IMG/VR virus record: IMGVR_UViG_3300042260_000361 | Span: 1-55,622 of that record | Direction: 5' to 3' (one strand) | Source: a virus | Taxonomy: Duplodnaviria; Caudoviricetes | DNA: 55,622 bases | Part shown: positions 18,792 to 29,900 of the stretch, in pieces | How the letters are laid out: the number at the start of each line of letters is the position of its first letter | Position numbering within the stretch: the stretch's first letter is position 1 | The notes under the pieces: model-generated | Told to the model about the DNA's origin: nothing | Databases searched by the model: none | What the model saw: the letters and a program-made list of their open reading frames with translations, nothing else | Program-made: the position numbers and the translations under genes

Positions 18792-18838
18792 TACGTTATA
18801 TTTATAGGTGTATAATTGTATAAAAGAGGAAAGTATAT

Positions 18839-19990
18839 ATGTCTCAAGCGTTAATTTGGACGGGTTCAGCAACATTTATAACGGGTGCATCAACTCCGTT
18901 TGGTATCTATGATAATGATTCATTATTTCAATCGGATGCTCCGAAGGTTGCATCTTGGTGTGCAAAAAGACTTGGATATCCAATTATCGATATAGAATTA
19001 CAAGGTGAAAACTTCTTCGCTGTATTTGAAGAGGCAGTTAGTGAATATTCTGCACAAGTTAATCAATTCAATATTAGAAATAACTTAGGTTCATTACAAG
19101 GACAACCTATTGGAACAAATTATACAGGTAAATCAGTAAATGGTTCGGAATTAAATAATACAATACAAATATCACAAGCATACGGAACACAAGCGAATGT
19201 TGGTGGTAAAACTGATATTAAAAAGGGTTCAATTGATTTAGTTGATGGCCAACAAGAATACGATTTACAAACATTATGGTCTGATGTTAACGAATCAAGT
19301 CAATCAATATCAGTAACGAGAGTATTTTATGAAGCAACTCCTGCAATTCAACGTTTCTTTGACCCTTATTCTGTAAGTGGACAAGGAACACTTAATTTAA
19401 TTGATGAATTTGGGTTTGGTTCATTCTCTCCTGCAGCACAATTTATCTTAATGCCGATTTATGAAGATATGTTAAGAATTCAAGCAATTGAATTTAATGA
19501 CCAATTCCGTAAATCTGCGTTTACATTCAATATTGTAAATAATAAAATACAAATATTCCCAAAACCAACTCATAATGATAAATTATGGTTTGAATATATC
19601 GTTGATAGTGAATTTACATCAGCATCAGCAATCATCACACCAGATGTAGTATCTGATTATTCAAACATTGGATATGATTTTACACAATATTCAAATATTA
19701 ATGATGTGGGTAAACAATGGATTAGAAAATATACATTAGCATTAGCAAAAGAAATGTTGGGTGCAATTAGAGAGAAGTATTCACAAATACCAATCCCTGG
19801 TTCAGAAGTTTCATTGGATGGTGCAGCATTAAGAGCCGAAGCAATAACCGAAAAGGATGTATTGATGACTCAATTGAGAGAAAATTTAGAAGAAGTTAGT
19901 AGAAAGACTAGAATTGAAAACGAAGCAAACATAGTTGATCAACAACAAAAAATAATTGGTAAAGTGCCATTGGCTATTTACATCGGATAA
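18839..19990 (+). CDS. Neck protein (T4 gp13-like head-tail adaptor)
   Basis: RLGYPIIDIEL, WIRKYTLALAKEMLG..REKY and IPG..V.LDG motifs; gene position. Confidence 0.85.
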   Translation: MSQALIWTGSATFITGASTPFGIYDNDSLFQSDAPKVASWCAKRLGYPIIDIELQGENFFAVFEEAVSEYSAQVNQFNIRNNLGSLQGQPIGTNYTGKSVNGSELNNTIQISQAYGTQANVGGKTDIKKGSIDLVDGQQEYDLQTLWSDVNESSQSISVTRVFYEATPAIQRFFDPYSVSGQGTLNLIDEFGFGSFSPAAQFILMPIYEDMLRIQAIEFNDQFRKSAFTFNIVNNKIQIFPKPTHNDKLWFEYIVDSEFTSASAIITPDVVSDYSNIGYDFTQYSNINDVGKQWIRKYTLALAKEMLGAIREKYSQIPIPGSEVSLDGAALRAEAITEKDVLMTQLRENLEEVSRKTRIENEANIVDQQQKIIGKVPLAIYIG

Positions 19991-20003
19991 TAGGAATTAA
20001 CGT

Positions 20004-20558
20004 ATGCCAAAGTTTTTTAACGCAAGAGATTTGAATTTTATCAAAACAATCGCCGAAGAGGTGGTTGATTATGTGGTAGAACAAACTGTCACCCTATTCA
20101 AAGTATCGGTTGGTGAAACAAAAACCAATCTATATGGCGAATCATTGGGTAAAGTCTGGCATGCACCTGCTAATTTACGAGCAATTGTAGATAGAGAACC
20201 TAAAAATGTTTCATATGAAGGATTTGGTCCAGATGTAACTCAAGCGGTTGAATTTCGTTTTATGAGACATAGATTAAGAACTGAAACTTTACCTATGGTT
20301 AGAGATATTAACGGAACATTTGTACCAGTTGATGCTATTCAGAATTCATTATATGGATATCCTGAAATTGGTGATGTAATATACTTCGATGAAACTTATT
20401 TTGAAATCGATAATATTAGACAAACTCAATTAGTGGGTGGTTCTCCTAAAATGTATAATAAGGAAACTGATGAATTTGAAGATACGAGAATGCAAATTGT
20501 TGCAACGTGTCATATAGTAAGACGTTCACAAGTTCAAATAGAGGATAGAGTAAGATAA
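20004..20558 (+). CDS. Neck/head-closure protein (T4 gp14-like)
   Basis: NLYGE and PEIGDVIYF...FEI motifs; follows the gp13-like gene. Confidence 0.75.
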   Translation: MPKFFNARDLNFIKTIAEEVVDYVVEQTVTLFKVSVGETKTNLYGESLGKVWHAPANLRAIVDREPKNVSYEGFGPDVTQAVEFRFMRHRLRTETLPMVRDINGTFVPVDAIQNSLYGYPEIGDVIYFDETYFEIDNIRQTQLVGGSPKMYNKETDEFEDTRMQIVATCHIVRRSQVQIEDRVR

Positions 20559-21640
20559 TGAGCACAGACCCATTTAAAAAACCTTTAAACAGAGGAACAC
20601 AACTAAAAACCGAACCCAAAAATCAAAGAGGGGTTAAGTTGTATGATATCGATATGGCCATTGCGGAACATATGATAGATACTGTCGTGCCAACGGTTGA
20701 AGCAATGGGTGAAAAAATAAAAATTCCTGTAATGTATGGAAATCCCGAAAGATGGAAATCAGTGCAAAAAGATGGGTATTTAAGAGATAAACAAGGAACG
20801 ATACAAATTCCTCTTATTATGTTTAAACGTAATTCGATTGCTAGAGATGATTCAATGACATCTACAATGAATCGTAATGTGTTTTATCCAACGGTGACAA
20901 AATACTCACAAAAACATAGATATGATTTGTTTTCTCAAATGACGGGAACTAAAAGACCAATTGAACAATACAACGTAACAATGCCGGATTATGTAACGGT
21001 TAGTTATGAGTGTATTATTTGGACAGATTTTACCGAACATATGAATAAAATCGTAGAAGCATTTCAATACGCAACAGATGAATATTGGGGTGATAAAAGT
21101 GGATTTAAATTTAGAGTAAGAATCGATTCATTTGATACAACTGCCGAAGTTGGTGAAGGTTCACAACGTATGGTTCGAACAAATTTTACTATGGCAGTAA
21201 ATGCTTATTTATTACCTGAAAAATTTGATAATCAACCAACTACAATAAAAACACTCTCACCTAAAAAGGTAGTATGGGGTGTTGAAACTGATTTAACTGG
21301 TAATTCACAATCTACTACGAAATTATACAATGAGTATTCGGATGTAATTGATTTTATGACTATTAGAGGTTCAGTTCAGGCTGAATTTATTAGTTCGAAT
21401 TCATTCAAATTAACAAATGTAGAATTACCAAAATTACCACCGGAATTAAGAGGTAGTTTTAATACGGATGATTGGTTTAGAGTTTATGTAAATGGGGTAT
21501 ATGTTCAACCAACAAAATATACTTATTCATTTAATTATAGTTTAAATGAAATTACATTTGAAGTTAATACAACTTCATTAGGTTATATTATTGAAATTAC
21601 TGATGAAATTGGAGTAACTGGTAAATTTATTGAATTATGA
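20558..21640 (+). CDS. Tail terminator/completion protein (T4 gp15-like) with an extra C-terminal beta domain
   Basis: IPVMYGNPERW and MPDYVTVSYE..IWT....MNKIVE motifs; gene position. Confidence 0.7.
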   Translation: MSTDPFKKPLNRGTQLKTEPKNQRGVKLYDIDMAIAEHMIDTVVPTVEAMGEKIKIPVMYGNPERWKSVQKDGYLRDKQGTIQIPLIMFKRNSIARDDSMTSTMNRNVFYPTVTKYSQKHRYDLFSQMTGTKRPIEQYNVTMPDYVTVSYECIIWTDFTEHMNKIVEAFQYATDEYWGDKSGFKFRVRIDSFDTTAEVGEGSQRMVRTNFTMAVNAYLLPEKFDNQPTTIKTLSPKKVVWGVETDLTGNSQSTTKLYNEYSDVIDFMTIRGSVQAEFISSNSFKLTNVELPKLPPELRGSFNTDDWFRVYVNGVYVQPTKYTYSFNYSLNEITFEVNTTSLGYIIEITDEIGVTGKFIEL

Positions 21641-21969
21641 TTAAAGAATTAAATAAAATATTGAGACAAGTGCATGAACCAAATGAATTTAAATTGGTTG
21701 CATACAATATGACGCATCCACTATATTGGATTTGGAAAGTTGAAAATGCACGAATGAAAGATTTAAATTTATTTTTACGTCCATTACGGAACGAACACGC
21801 ACGTTTTGATATATTTATAAACGGGCAGTATATTTTAGAAAAAGATTATTTATTTGAACAATCTGGTAGTGATTTTCATATAAAATTCAAAAAATCTAAT
21901 TTTATTAATGCTTACGATTTATCAACAAATGACGATATTAAATTAGAGGGAGATTTGGAACGAATATAA
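21637..21969 (+). CDS. Small structural protein, paralogous to the C-terminal domain of the upstream gene
   Basis: FDIFINGQY...Y.F...DDIKLEG aligns by eye with FRVYVNGVY...Y.Y...DEIGVTG. Confidence 0.6.
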   Translation: MIKELNKILRQVHEPNEFKLVAYNMTHPLYWIWKVENARMKDLNLFLRPLRNEHARFDIFINGQYILEKDYLFEQSGSDFHIKFKKSNFINAYDLSTNDDIKLEGDLERI

Positions 21970-22331
21970 TGAAAACTAAACCAAATATCGTAACTTCATT
22001 TAATGATAAACAGAGATTTAAAGATTTGGTATTGAATGTAATCGGTGATTCACAGATTTATTCAATAACACCAGATTCAGTATCACTAAATGGTCTATTA
22101 TTTACCCTAACACTTCTTAATAAGAAATTTGTATTTGAAGATTTGAAAGTAGATAATTTAAAAGATTACACAGATGTATATTTGCAGGGAATTAAAAAAC
22201 CTTCAAATTTATACGATGTTATACTGAACGAAACAGATATTATAATTATTTTTAATGACACGATTACTTTAGCACCAAGTGAAATTGTTGCAAGTGATTT
22301 TGTGATAAAAGGAAAGATAGTGAGTAGATAA
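21969..22331 (+). CDS. Small structural protein, probably the same beta-domain family
   Basis: DVYLQG....LY.V...IIF...DFVIKGK pattern. Confidence 0.55.
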   Translation: MKTKPNIVTSFNDKQRFKDLVLNVIGDSQIYSITPDSVSLNGLLFTLTLLNKKFVFEDLKVDNLKDYTDVYLQGIKKPSNLYDVILNETDIIIIFNDTITLAPSEIVASDFVIKGKIVSR

Positions 22332-22333
22332 TT

Positions 22334-22984
22334 ATGGCTACACTTATTCAAAGTAAACAGATTCAAGGTGTTGTTACGGCTTCGGTAATTTCGGGTGATT
22401 TTTCCGTATCCGGTTCACAAACAACAACTGGTGATCACATAGTATCCGGTTCATCCTATGTAACGGGTGAAATGCATGCAGCTGTTTTCGTTGGGGATGG
22501 TAGTCGTTTAAGAGGAGTTGTTGCTGAAAGCACCGGTATTAACCTATTAAGTGGTTCGGTAGATGGTGTTGCAGCTAAAATTCAATTATCGGGTTCTGGA
22601 CTAGCATTAGATATTACAAATGCAACGGCATCTATCTATGTTAAATCCCCATATGAAGTAGGTGGTTTATTTAGAACATATCCAACATTTGAAGATTTAA
22701 CAACTACATCTCCATCATCATTTTCACAAGGACAAATTGTATTAGTAGTTGATACTAACAGATTGTATCAAGCAGATATTGCTTATGCAGATTTTATAAG
22801 TTCATTTACGGATACTATTACTTGGAATGATTATACCTTTACCGATAACCCACTATCATTTGTGGCATCCGATGGTTTAGTTAGTTCATTTTCAAATGGA
22901 GTTACTACTATGATGTTAGATACTGGTTCATTTCATTTTATTGAAGGTGTTCAAAAAATTACAATTGACGGCGGAAATATTTAA
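22334..22984 (+). CDS. Short fibre/adaptor protein ending in IDGGNI
   Basis: SGS-rich, contains FVGDGSRL, C-terminal DGG motif. Confidence 0.6.
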   Translation: MATLIQSKQIQGVVTASVISGDFSVSGSQTTTGDHIVSGSSYVTGEMHAAVFVGDGSRLRGVVAESTGINLLSGSVDGVAAKIQLSGSGLALDITNATASIYVKSPYEVGGLFRTYPTFEDLTTTSPSSFSQGQIVLVVDTNRLYQADIAYADFISSFTDTITWNDYTFTDNPLSFVASDGLVSSFSNGVTTMMLDTGSFHFIEGVQKITIDGGNI

Positions 22985-23117
22985 GATTTTTATACTTATA
23001 TACGAAAACAATGCTATATAGCATTTATTATTAGGCAAATGTCCTGTTTTAACACACGCAATAAAGGTTTTCATCGTAACAAAAATTTAACTTAACAAAC
23101 AAAGGAAAAAACAAACA

Positions 23118-26100
23118 ATGGCACAAATAATTAAACACAGACGTGGTTCGCTAGAATCCATTTCAGGTGCAACCAAAAGAGCTGGTGAATTGTTAGTAGT
23201 TACGGGTTCAACGGGAATTACAGCAGACAACGGAGATTCAATTCTTTTCGTTGGTGTTGACGGTTCTACTGCAACCCCAGCTAACAAAGTTCTTCAAGGT
23301 GCAACAAACCCAGATTTAACTGGTGCATCATACGATACCTCAATTGATGGTATCCCATTCTATAACACTCAAACTGAAAAGTTATACATCTTAAATAAAG
23401 GTGGAAACGTTGAAATTAAAGCAACGGCAAACACAGGTGGTACGGGAATCGTTTCTGGTTCTGCTCAAGTAAAAGAATTATTACCTGCGGGTTCAATTAG
23501 TGGTTCATCACAAGTTGATATTACATCTGCACAAGGATATACTTCATTAGAAAGTAGAGTTTCTACTAACGAAACTAATATCTCAACTAACACATCAGAT
23601 ATTCAATCAATTAATACTACATTAGATGGTATTGCTACTGAGCAAACAAATCAAAATGATAGATTAACTGCTTTAGAAGGTGAAGATACAGCTCAAGCTA
23701 CTATTAACTCATCAGTTGATAGTGATTTAAATGATTTATTCGCAGGACAAACTACTCAAAATGGTAGATTAGATACTTTAGAAGCATTTAGTTCATCTTT
23801 AGATGCAACTTTTGCTACTGATGCATCTGTAACATCAGTATCATCTTCATTAAAAGCAAACGTAGTAGAGTTATTCTCAACTGCTTCTGATCACGAAAGT
23901 AGAATCGATACAATCGAAGCTTCTATCGGTGGTGCATCTGGTATTGGTCAAAGAGTTGGTTCTTTAGAGGCATTCTCAGGATCACAAGAAACTAAGAATT
24001 CTACTTTAGCATCTTACACTGCTTCAGTTGATGCTCATATTTCTGCAATCAATTCATTCTCATCATCTCAAGAATCTAAGGATGCAACTTTAGCATCTTA
24101 TACATCTTCAGTTGATGCTCATATTTCTGCAGTTAATGCATTCTCTGCATCTCAATTAGCAAAAGATTCTACTTTAGCTTCTTACACTGCTTCAGTTGAT
24201 GCTCACATTTCTGCGGTTAACGCGTTTTCTGCATCACAATTATCTAAAGATTCTACATTAGCTTCTTACACTGCTTCAGTTGATTCTCAATTATCATCTA
24301 TTGATACTGCACAAGGTGTTCAAGATGATAGATTAACTGATTTAGAAGGTAGAGCAAATTCAAATGACTTAGATGTTACTGAATTATTTGCTACTGCTTC
24401 TAACCACGAAGGTAGAGTAGATACATTAGAAACATTCAAATCAGATGTTCAAACTGCTATCGCATTAGATGGTCAAAACGTAACAATCAATGGTAATTTC
24501 ACCGTAAGTGGAACACAGACTATTGTTGATTCTACAACGGTTCAAATTGGTGATAACATCATTGAATTAAATGGTTCTTCAGCAGCAAATGGTGGTTTAT
24601 TAGTAAAAGATGCTACTAACCCTAATACCGTTTCAGGTTCATTATTGTGGGATTCTACAAATGACTACTGGAAAGCTGGTGCACAAGGTGCAGAATCTAA
24701 AGTATTAGTTGCAGGTGGTGATTCAGTAGTATCTGGTTCATCTCAAATCAACTTAGCTGATGTAACCGGTAACAATACTGATAACGTATCTGAAGGTGAA
24801 GGAAATCTTTACTATACTGATGCTAGAGTTAAGAGTAAATTAAACGCTGAAGGTGTAATCTCTGGTTCATCTCAAGTAACAATTTCTTCTACAACTGGCT
24901 ACACAGCATTCAGTTCTTCATTAGCAGCAAGTGATGCAGAATTATTCGCATCTGCTTCTGATCATGAGGATAGAATTGATACAATTGAAGCTTCTATTGG
25001 TGGTGCTTCAGGTATCGGCCAAAGAGTTTCTTCTTTAGAAGCATTTAGTGGTTCTCAAGAAACTATGAACGCAACTTTAGCATCTTACACTGCTTCAGTT
25101 GATTCACATATTTCAGCAATCAACGCATTCTCTGCATCACAATTATCTAAAGATTCTACTTTAGCCTCTTACACTGCTTCAGTTGATGCACATATTGCTG
25201 CTGTAAATTCATTCTCTGCATCTCAATTAGCAAAAGATTCTACTTTAGCAACTTACACTGCTTCAGTTGATTCTCAATTATCTGATATTGCATCTGCACA
25301 AGGTGTTCAAGATGGTAGATTAGCTGATTTAGAAGCATTCTCATCTTCATTAGATGCTGGATTCGTAAATGAAACACAATTAACAAATGCAATCAATGGT
25401 GTTAATGATACTATCGATGCATTATCTACTGATAATATCGCAGAAGGTTCAAACCTTTACTATACTGATGCTAGAGTTAAAACTAAGTTAAACGTTGAAG
25501 GTGTAATCTCAGGTTCATCTCAAGTTAACGCTGATTCAATCACAAACTTTGATTCAAACGTTAAAGATAAATTGAACGCAGAAGGTGTAATCTCAGGTTC
25601 AGTACAAGTATTGGGTGGAACTGGTATCATTTCAGGTTCATCTCAATTAGATAATACAACTATCGCTGGTGCAACTTTAACAGGTGTAACTGCAGATGGA
25701 ACATTTACAGGTACATTTAGTGGTGATGGTTCTGCATTGACAGGATTAGTAACTGCATTAGATATCGCTGGTGATACTGGTACTGGTACGGTTGATTTAT
25801 TAACTGATACATTATCTGTTTTAGGTGGTGAAGGTATCGATGTATCCGTTTCAGCTGGAACAATCACAATCGCAGGTGAAGATGCTTCTACATCTAACAA
25901 AGGTGTTGCTTCATTCGATGCTGATGATTTCGCAGTATCTTCTGGTAACGTATCAATCAAAGCTGGTGGTGTAAGAGCTACTAACTTAAACGCTGATGTT
26001 GTTGGTGAAGGTCTTTCATTAGATGGAACTGATAACTCAATCAACGTTGATTATGGTTCTACAGCAGGAACTGCAGTTGAAGGTAATACTTCATTGACAG

Positions 26101-26750
26101 TTAATGGAACTGATGGTGAAATCACAATTTCAGGTGGAAACGTAACTTTAGGTAATGGTGGAACAATTACTATCGGATTACCGGATGATGTAATAATCTC
26201 AAACACATTGACAGTTAATGGTGATGTTGTTTTAGGTAATTCTTCAACTGATTCAGTTACTATCACTGGTAACTTATTCGTACAAGGAACAACTACTACG
26301 GTAGATTCTACAACTATCCAATTAGGTGATAACATCATCGAATTAAATGGTAGTGGTGCTGCTAATGGTGGTTTATTAGTAAAAGATGCTACTAACCCTA
26401 ACACTGCTTCTGGTTCATTATTGTGGGATTCTACAAATGACTTCTGGAAAGCTGGAGCATTAGGATTAGAAAAAGAAGTTGCTAGAATTGATTCATCAAT
26501 TTCTGCTAACACAGTCCTTAAATCAGACGCTAATGGTTTATTAGTAAATACAACTATTACTGATGATGGAACTGACGTATCTATTACAGGTGACTTTACA
26601 ATTGGTGGTTTATCTGCTGCTAATGCATTCTTATATGCAGATGGTAGTAAGACATTACAATCAGTTGCTCCTCAAAACGCTGGTGATATGATTCAATGGA
26701 ATGGTTCTTCATTTGTTGCTTCTAACACAGTCGATGGTGGAACATTCTAA
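23118..26750 (+). CDS. Long fibre protein (1210 aa) with coiled-coil repeats and duplicated modules
   Basis: N-terminal IIKHRRG, 28-aa tandem repeats, two GDNIIELNG..WDSTND.W modules, two EG.NLYYTDARV modules, C-terminal VDGGTF. Confidence 0.8.
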   Translation: MAQIIKHRRGSLESISGATKRAGELLVVTGSTGITADNGDSILFVGVDGSTATPANKVLQGATNPDLTGASYDTSIDGIPFYNTQTEKLYILNKGGNVEIKATANTGGTGIVSGSAQVKELLPAGSISGSSQVDITSAQGYTSLESRVSTNETNISTNTSDIQSINTTLDGIATEQTNQNDRLTALEGEDTAQATINSSVDSDLNDLFAGQTTQNGRLDTLEAFSSSLDATFATDASVTSVSSSLKANVVELFSTASDHESRIDTIEASIGGASGIGQRVGSLEAFSGSQETKNSTLASYTASVDAHISAINSFSSSQESKDATLASYTSSVDAHISAVNAFSASQLAKDSTLASYTASVDAHISAVNAFSASQLSKDSTLASYTASVDSQLSSIDTAQGVQDDRLTDLEGRANSNDLDVTELFATASNHEGRVDTLETFKSDVQTAIALDGQNVTINGNFTVSGTQTIVDSTTVQIGDNIIELNGSSAANGGLLVKDATNPNTVSGSLLWDSTNDYWKAGAQGAESKVLVAGGDSVVSGSSQINLADVTGNNTDNVSEGEGNLYYTDARVKSKLNAEGVISGSSQVTISSTTGYTAFSSSLAASDAELFASASDHEDRIDTIEASIGGASGIGQRVSSLEAFSGSQETMNATLASYTASVDSHISAINAFSASQLSKDSTLASYTASVDAHIAAVNSFSASQLAKDSTLATYTASVDSQLSDIASAQGVQDGRLADLEAFSSSLDAGFVNETQLTNAINGVNDTIDALSTDNIAEGSNLYYTDARVKTKLNVEGVISGSSQVNADSITNFDSNVKDKLNAEGVISGSVQVLGGTGIISGSSQLDNTTIAGATLTGVTADGTFTGTFSGDGSALTGLVTALDIAGDTGTGTVDLLTDTLSVLGGEGIDVSVSAGTITIAGEDASTSNKGVASFDADDFAVSSGNVSIKAGGVRATNLNADVVGEGLSLDGTDNSINVDYGSTAGTAVEGNTSLTVNGTDGEITISGGNVTLGNGGTITIGLPDDVIISNTLTVNGDVVLGNSSTDSVTITGNLFVQGTTTTVDSTTIQLGDNIIELNGSGAANGGLLVKDATNPNTASGSLLWDSTNDFWKAGALGLEKEVARIDSSISANTVLKSDANGLLVNTTITDDGTDVSITGDFTIGGLSAANAFLYADGSKTLQSVAPQNAGDMIQWNGSSFVASNTVDGGTF
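23866..25345 (+). repeat. Duplicated block (about 23866-24350 and 24938-25345), each containing 84-nt tandem repeats
   Basis: ACTTTAGCATCTTA recurs at 24003 and 24087 (84-nt period); the unit encodes STLASYTASVDAHISA.N.FS.SQ..KD. Confidence 0.85.
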
Positions 26751-26771
26751 TAAAAAATTGATTTAATTTTT

Positions 26772-26805
26772 AATCCCTCACCCAAAAGGTGGGGGATTTT
26801 TTTTT
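26772..26805 (+). terminator. Intrinsic terminator
   Basis: AATCCCTCACC-CAAAA-GGTGGGGGATT plus T-tract. Confidence 0.9.
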
Positions 26806-26908
26806 AACTTTTTATTTTCCAATACTTATATACGTGAAGTTATATACTTTAATCCCAATAAATTATTACATACGATATATTTATATAAAATAAATGGAAA
26901 TCTATTAG

Positions 26909-29900
26909 ATGGCTGCAATATTACAATTACGAAGAGGAGATAATTCTCAAACTGGAAGTATTCATTTCGAAGAATCTGAACTTTTTTATAATCAAAGTAA
27001 AGAATCCTTACAAATTGGATACTCATCATCCGCAGAAGAGACTGGAAATTTAAAAACTCTCGTACGATTAGATGATATCAATACAGGTTCATTAAATATT
27101 TCAAATGATATTACTGCTAGTAATTTATCATTGAGTGGTAATGCAACTATTGGTGGAAATATCAATTTAGGTGGAACAATTGTATTAGGTGATGGAAGTG
27201 GTTCAGATCAAATTATAATTAATGCCGGTTTAACCGGTTCGTTGATTCCAAATGTTGATGATAGAGATACATTAGGAACATCGGACTATCGATTTAAAGA
27301 TTTACACGTTGTATCTGCATCAATTGATCATATTTTGTTACCGGGAAGTGGTATTTTATCATCATCAAACGAAAATTTTAGTGGATTTAGTAGTTCAGTA
27401 GATTCTCGTTTAATTGAAGTGTATTCAACTGCATCTAATCATGAAAATCGTTTAGATACAATTGAAACTACATTCTCAACTTCAGTAGATTCTCGATTGG
27501 ATTATTTAGAAGGTGAATTTTCAACTTCGGTAGATTTTAGATTAGATTCTACGGAATTATTTACATCTTCACAAGAAACAAAGAATTCAACTCTTGCAAC
27601 TTATACTGCATCAGTTGATAGTTCTTTATCTCAAATAAATTCATTTACATCTTCGCAAGAAACAAAAAATTCAACTCTTGCAAGTTGGAGTGGTTCAACT
27701 GATTTGGATATTACTGAATTATTTGGAACTGCTTCAAATCACGAAGATAGAATTACATATTTAAGTTCAAGCTTTTCACAATCGGTAGATTTTAGATTAG
27801 ATGAATTAGAATCATTGGGTAGTGGAAGTAATCAACGTTTAGATTCATTAGAATTATTCAGTTCTTCTCAAGAAACTCAAAATTCTACATTAGGAACATA
27901 CACATCATCAAATGATACTAAGTGGAGCACATTAGGAACATACACTGGTTCAAATGATACTAAAAATACAGATCAAGATAATCGTTTATCTTCATTAGAA
28001 ATTGCAAGTGGTTCTGCAATAACTCACTTATCTAATTTAGAAACTGCTAGTTTGTATTTGCTTAATCATACTCATAATTTAGAGTTATATACTCAATCAA
28101 ATGATACTAAATTTAGCACATTACAACTATATACGGCATCAATTGATTTAGATTTATCACAGATACATTCATATACCTCATCACTTAAAACTGCGTTTGA
28201 AACAACTGGTTCGAATGTAGTTGTATTGGGTGATTTAACGGTTAGAGGAACATCAACTTCAATTGATTCTACTCAAGTTAATATCGGTGACAATATTATC
28301 CACTTAAATGGTATGGGAGTATCAAATGGTGGTTTATTAGTAACAGACCCCGTAAATCCTAGTACCGCATCTGGTTCATTATTATGGAATACTGCAAATG
28401 ATTATTGGATGGCAGGACAATGGAGTTCTGAATCAAGAATCTTATTAGCAGATGGTGATAATGTAGTAACTGGTTCTGAGCAAGTTAGAGATTTATTACC
28501 AAATGGAGTAGTAAGTGGTTCTCAACAAATCCCTGCGTTATTACCAAATGGAGTAGTAAGTGGTTCTGATCAAGTAACTTCTTCATTGGATAACAGATAT
28601 TTAGAAATCAATGGTGATTCAGTTGTTAGTGGTTCATCTCAAATTGATTTAACACAAACTACCAATTACACAAGTGGTATTAAAACCAGATTAGATGCAG
28701 AAGGTGTTGTTAGTGGTTCAACTCAAATTACAGATGGTAGTGGATTATTATCATCATCAGTTGATACCTATAACGGATTTAGTTCATCAGTTGATTTAAG
28801 AATTCTTTCATTAAACTCATTCTCATCTTCTCAAGAAAGTAAAGATTCAACACTTGCAATCTACACTGGTTCAATTGATACTAAATTCAATACAATTGGA
28901 TTGGTATCATCATCTTTGAATTCATTTACATCTTCACAAGAAACAAAAAATTCAACTCTTGCAAGTTGGAGTGGTTCGGTTGATATTGCAATAAGTAATT
29001 TAAATTCAACAACTTCATCATTAAACTCATTCAGTTCTTCAATCAATACTACTATTAAAACCAAATTGGATTTAGAAGGTGTTGTAAGTGGTTCTGATCA
29101 AGTAACCTCATCATTGGATACTCGTTATGAGGGAATTGCAAGTTCAACCCATACATTAGTAAGTGGTTCTAACCAAGTAACTGCATCTTTAAATTTATTA
29201 TACGAAGTTAGTGGTTCAGTTTCTGCATTAGTTGGAGAAAGATTCACATCAGGTTCTTTAGGTTCTGCAGCATGGTATCACGTTTCAAATTCAATACAAG
29301 ATGGTAATCCTCAAGTAGTTGGTAACGCTGGTGCAGTAAAAGCATATATTGATTATGCAATGATTGTCGCGGGAGCAGGTGATATTACTGCAGTTCTTGC
29401 AGGAGATGGTATTAGTGGTGGTGCATTAAGTGGTTCTGCAACTATAACATTGGATACTGGTTCTATTCATTTTAATGAGGGTATTAAGAATAAATTAAAT
29501 ACCGAAGGTGTAATATCGGGCTCATCTCAAATTTTGGGTGGTAGTGGTATTTTATCATCATCAAATGAAACATTTAATACATTCTCACAATCAGTTGATA
29601 GTAGAGTAGATGCATTGGAATCATTTTCAGCTTCATTAGAGGCAACGTTTGTAAATCAAAGTGAATTAGCATCTGCTACTGGTGCGTTAGAAATATCAAT
29701 TGCAACCAAACTAAATACAGCATCATTTGAATTATATAGTGGTTCAGTTGATAACTCAATTGGATTATTAAGTGGATTTACATCATCACAAGAAAGTAAA
29801 AATTCAACTCTTAGTTTATATACTGCTTCGATTGATTCTAAATTTACTACATTAGGAACATATACTTCTTCGGTTGATAATTCAATTACTTTATTGAATG

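Noticed and set aside
23990-24290. 84-nt tandem repeats as a CRISPR array or non-coding repeat
   Set aside because: They are contiguous coding repeats with synonymous variation, encoding coiled-coil segments.
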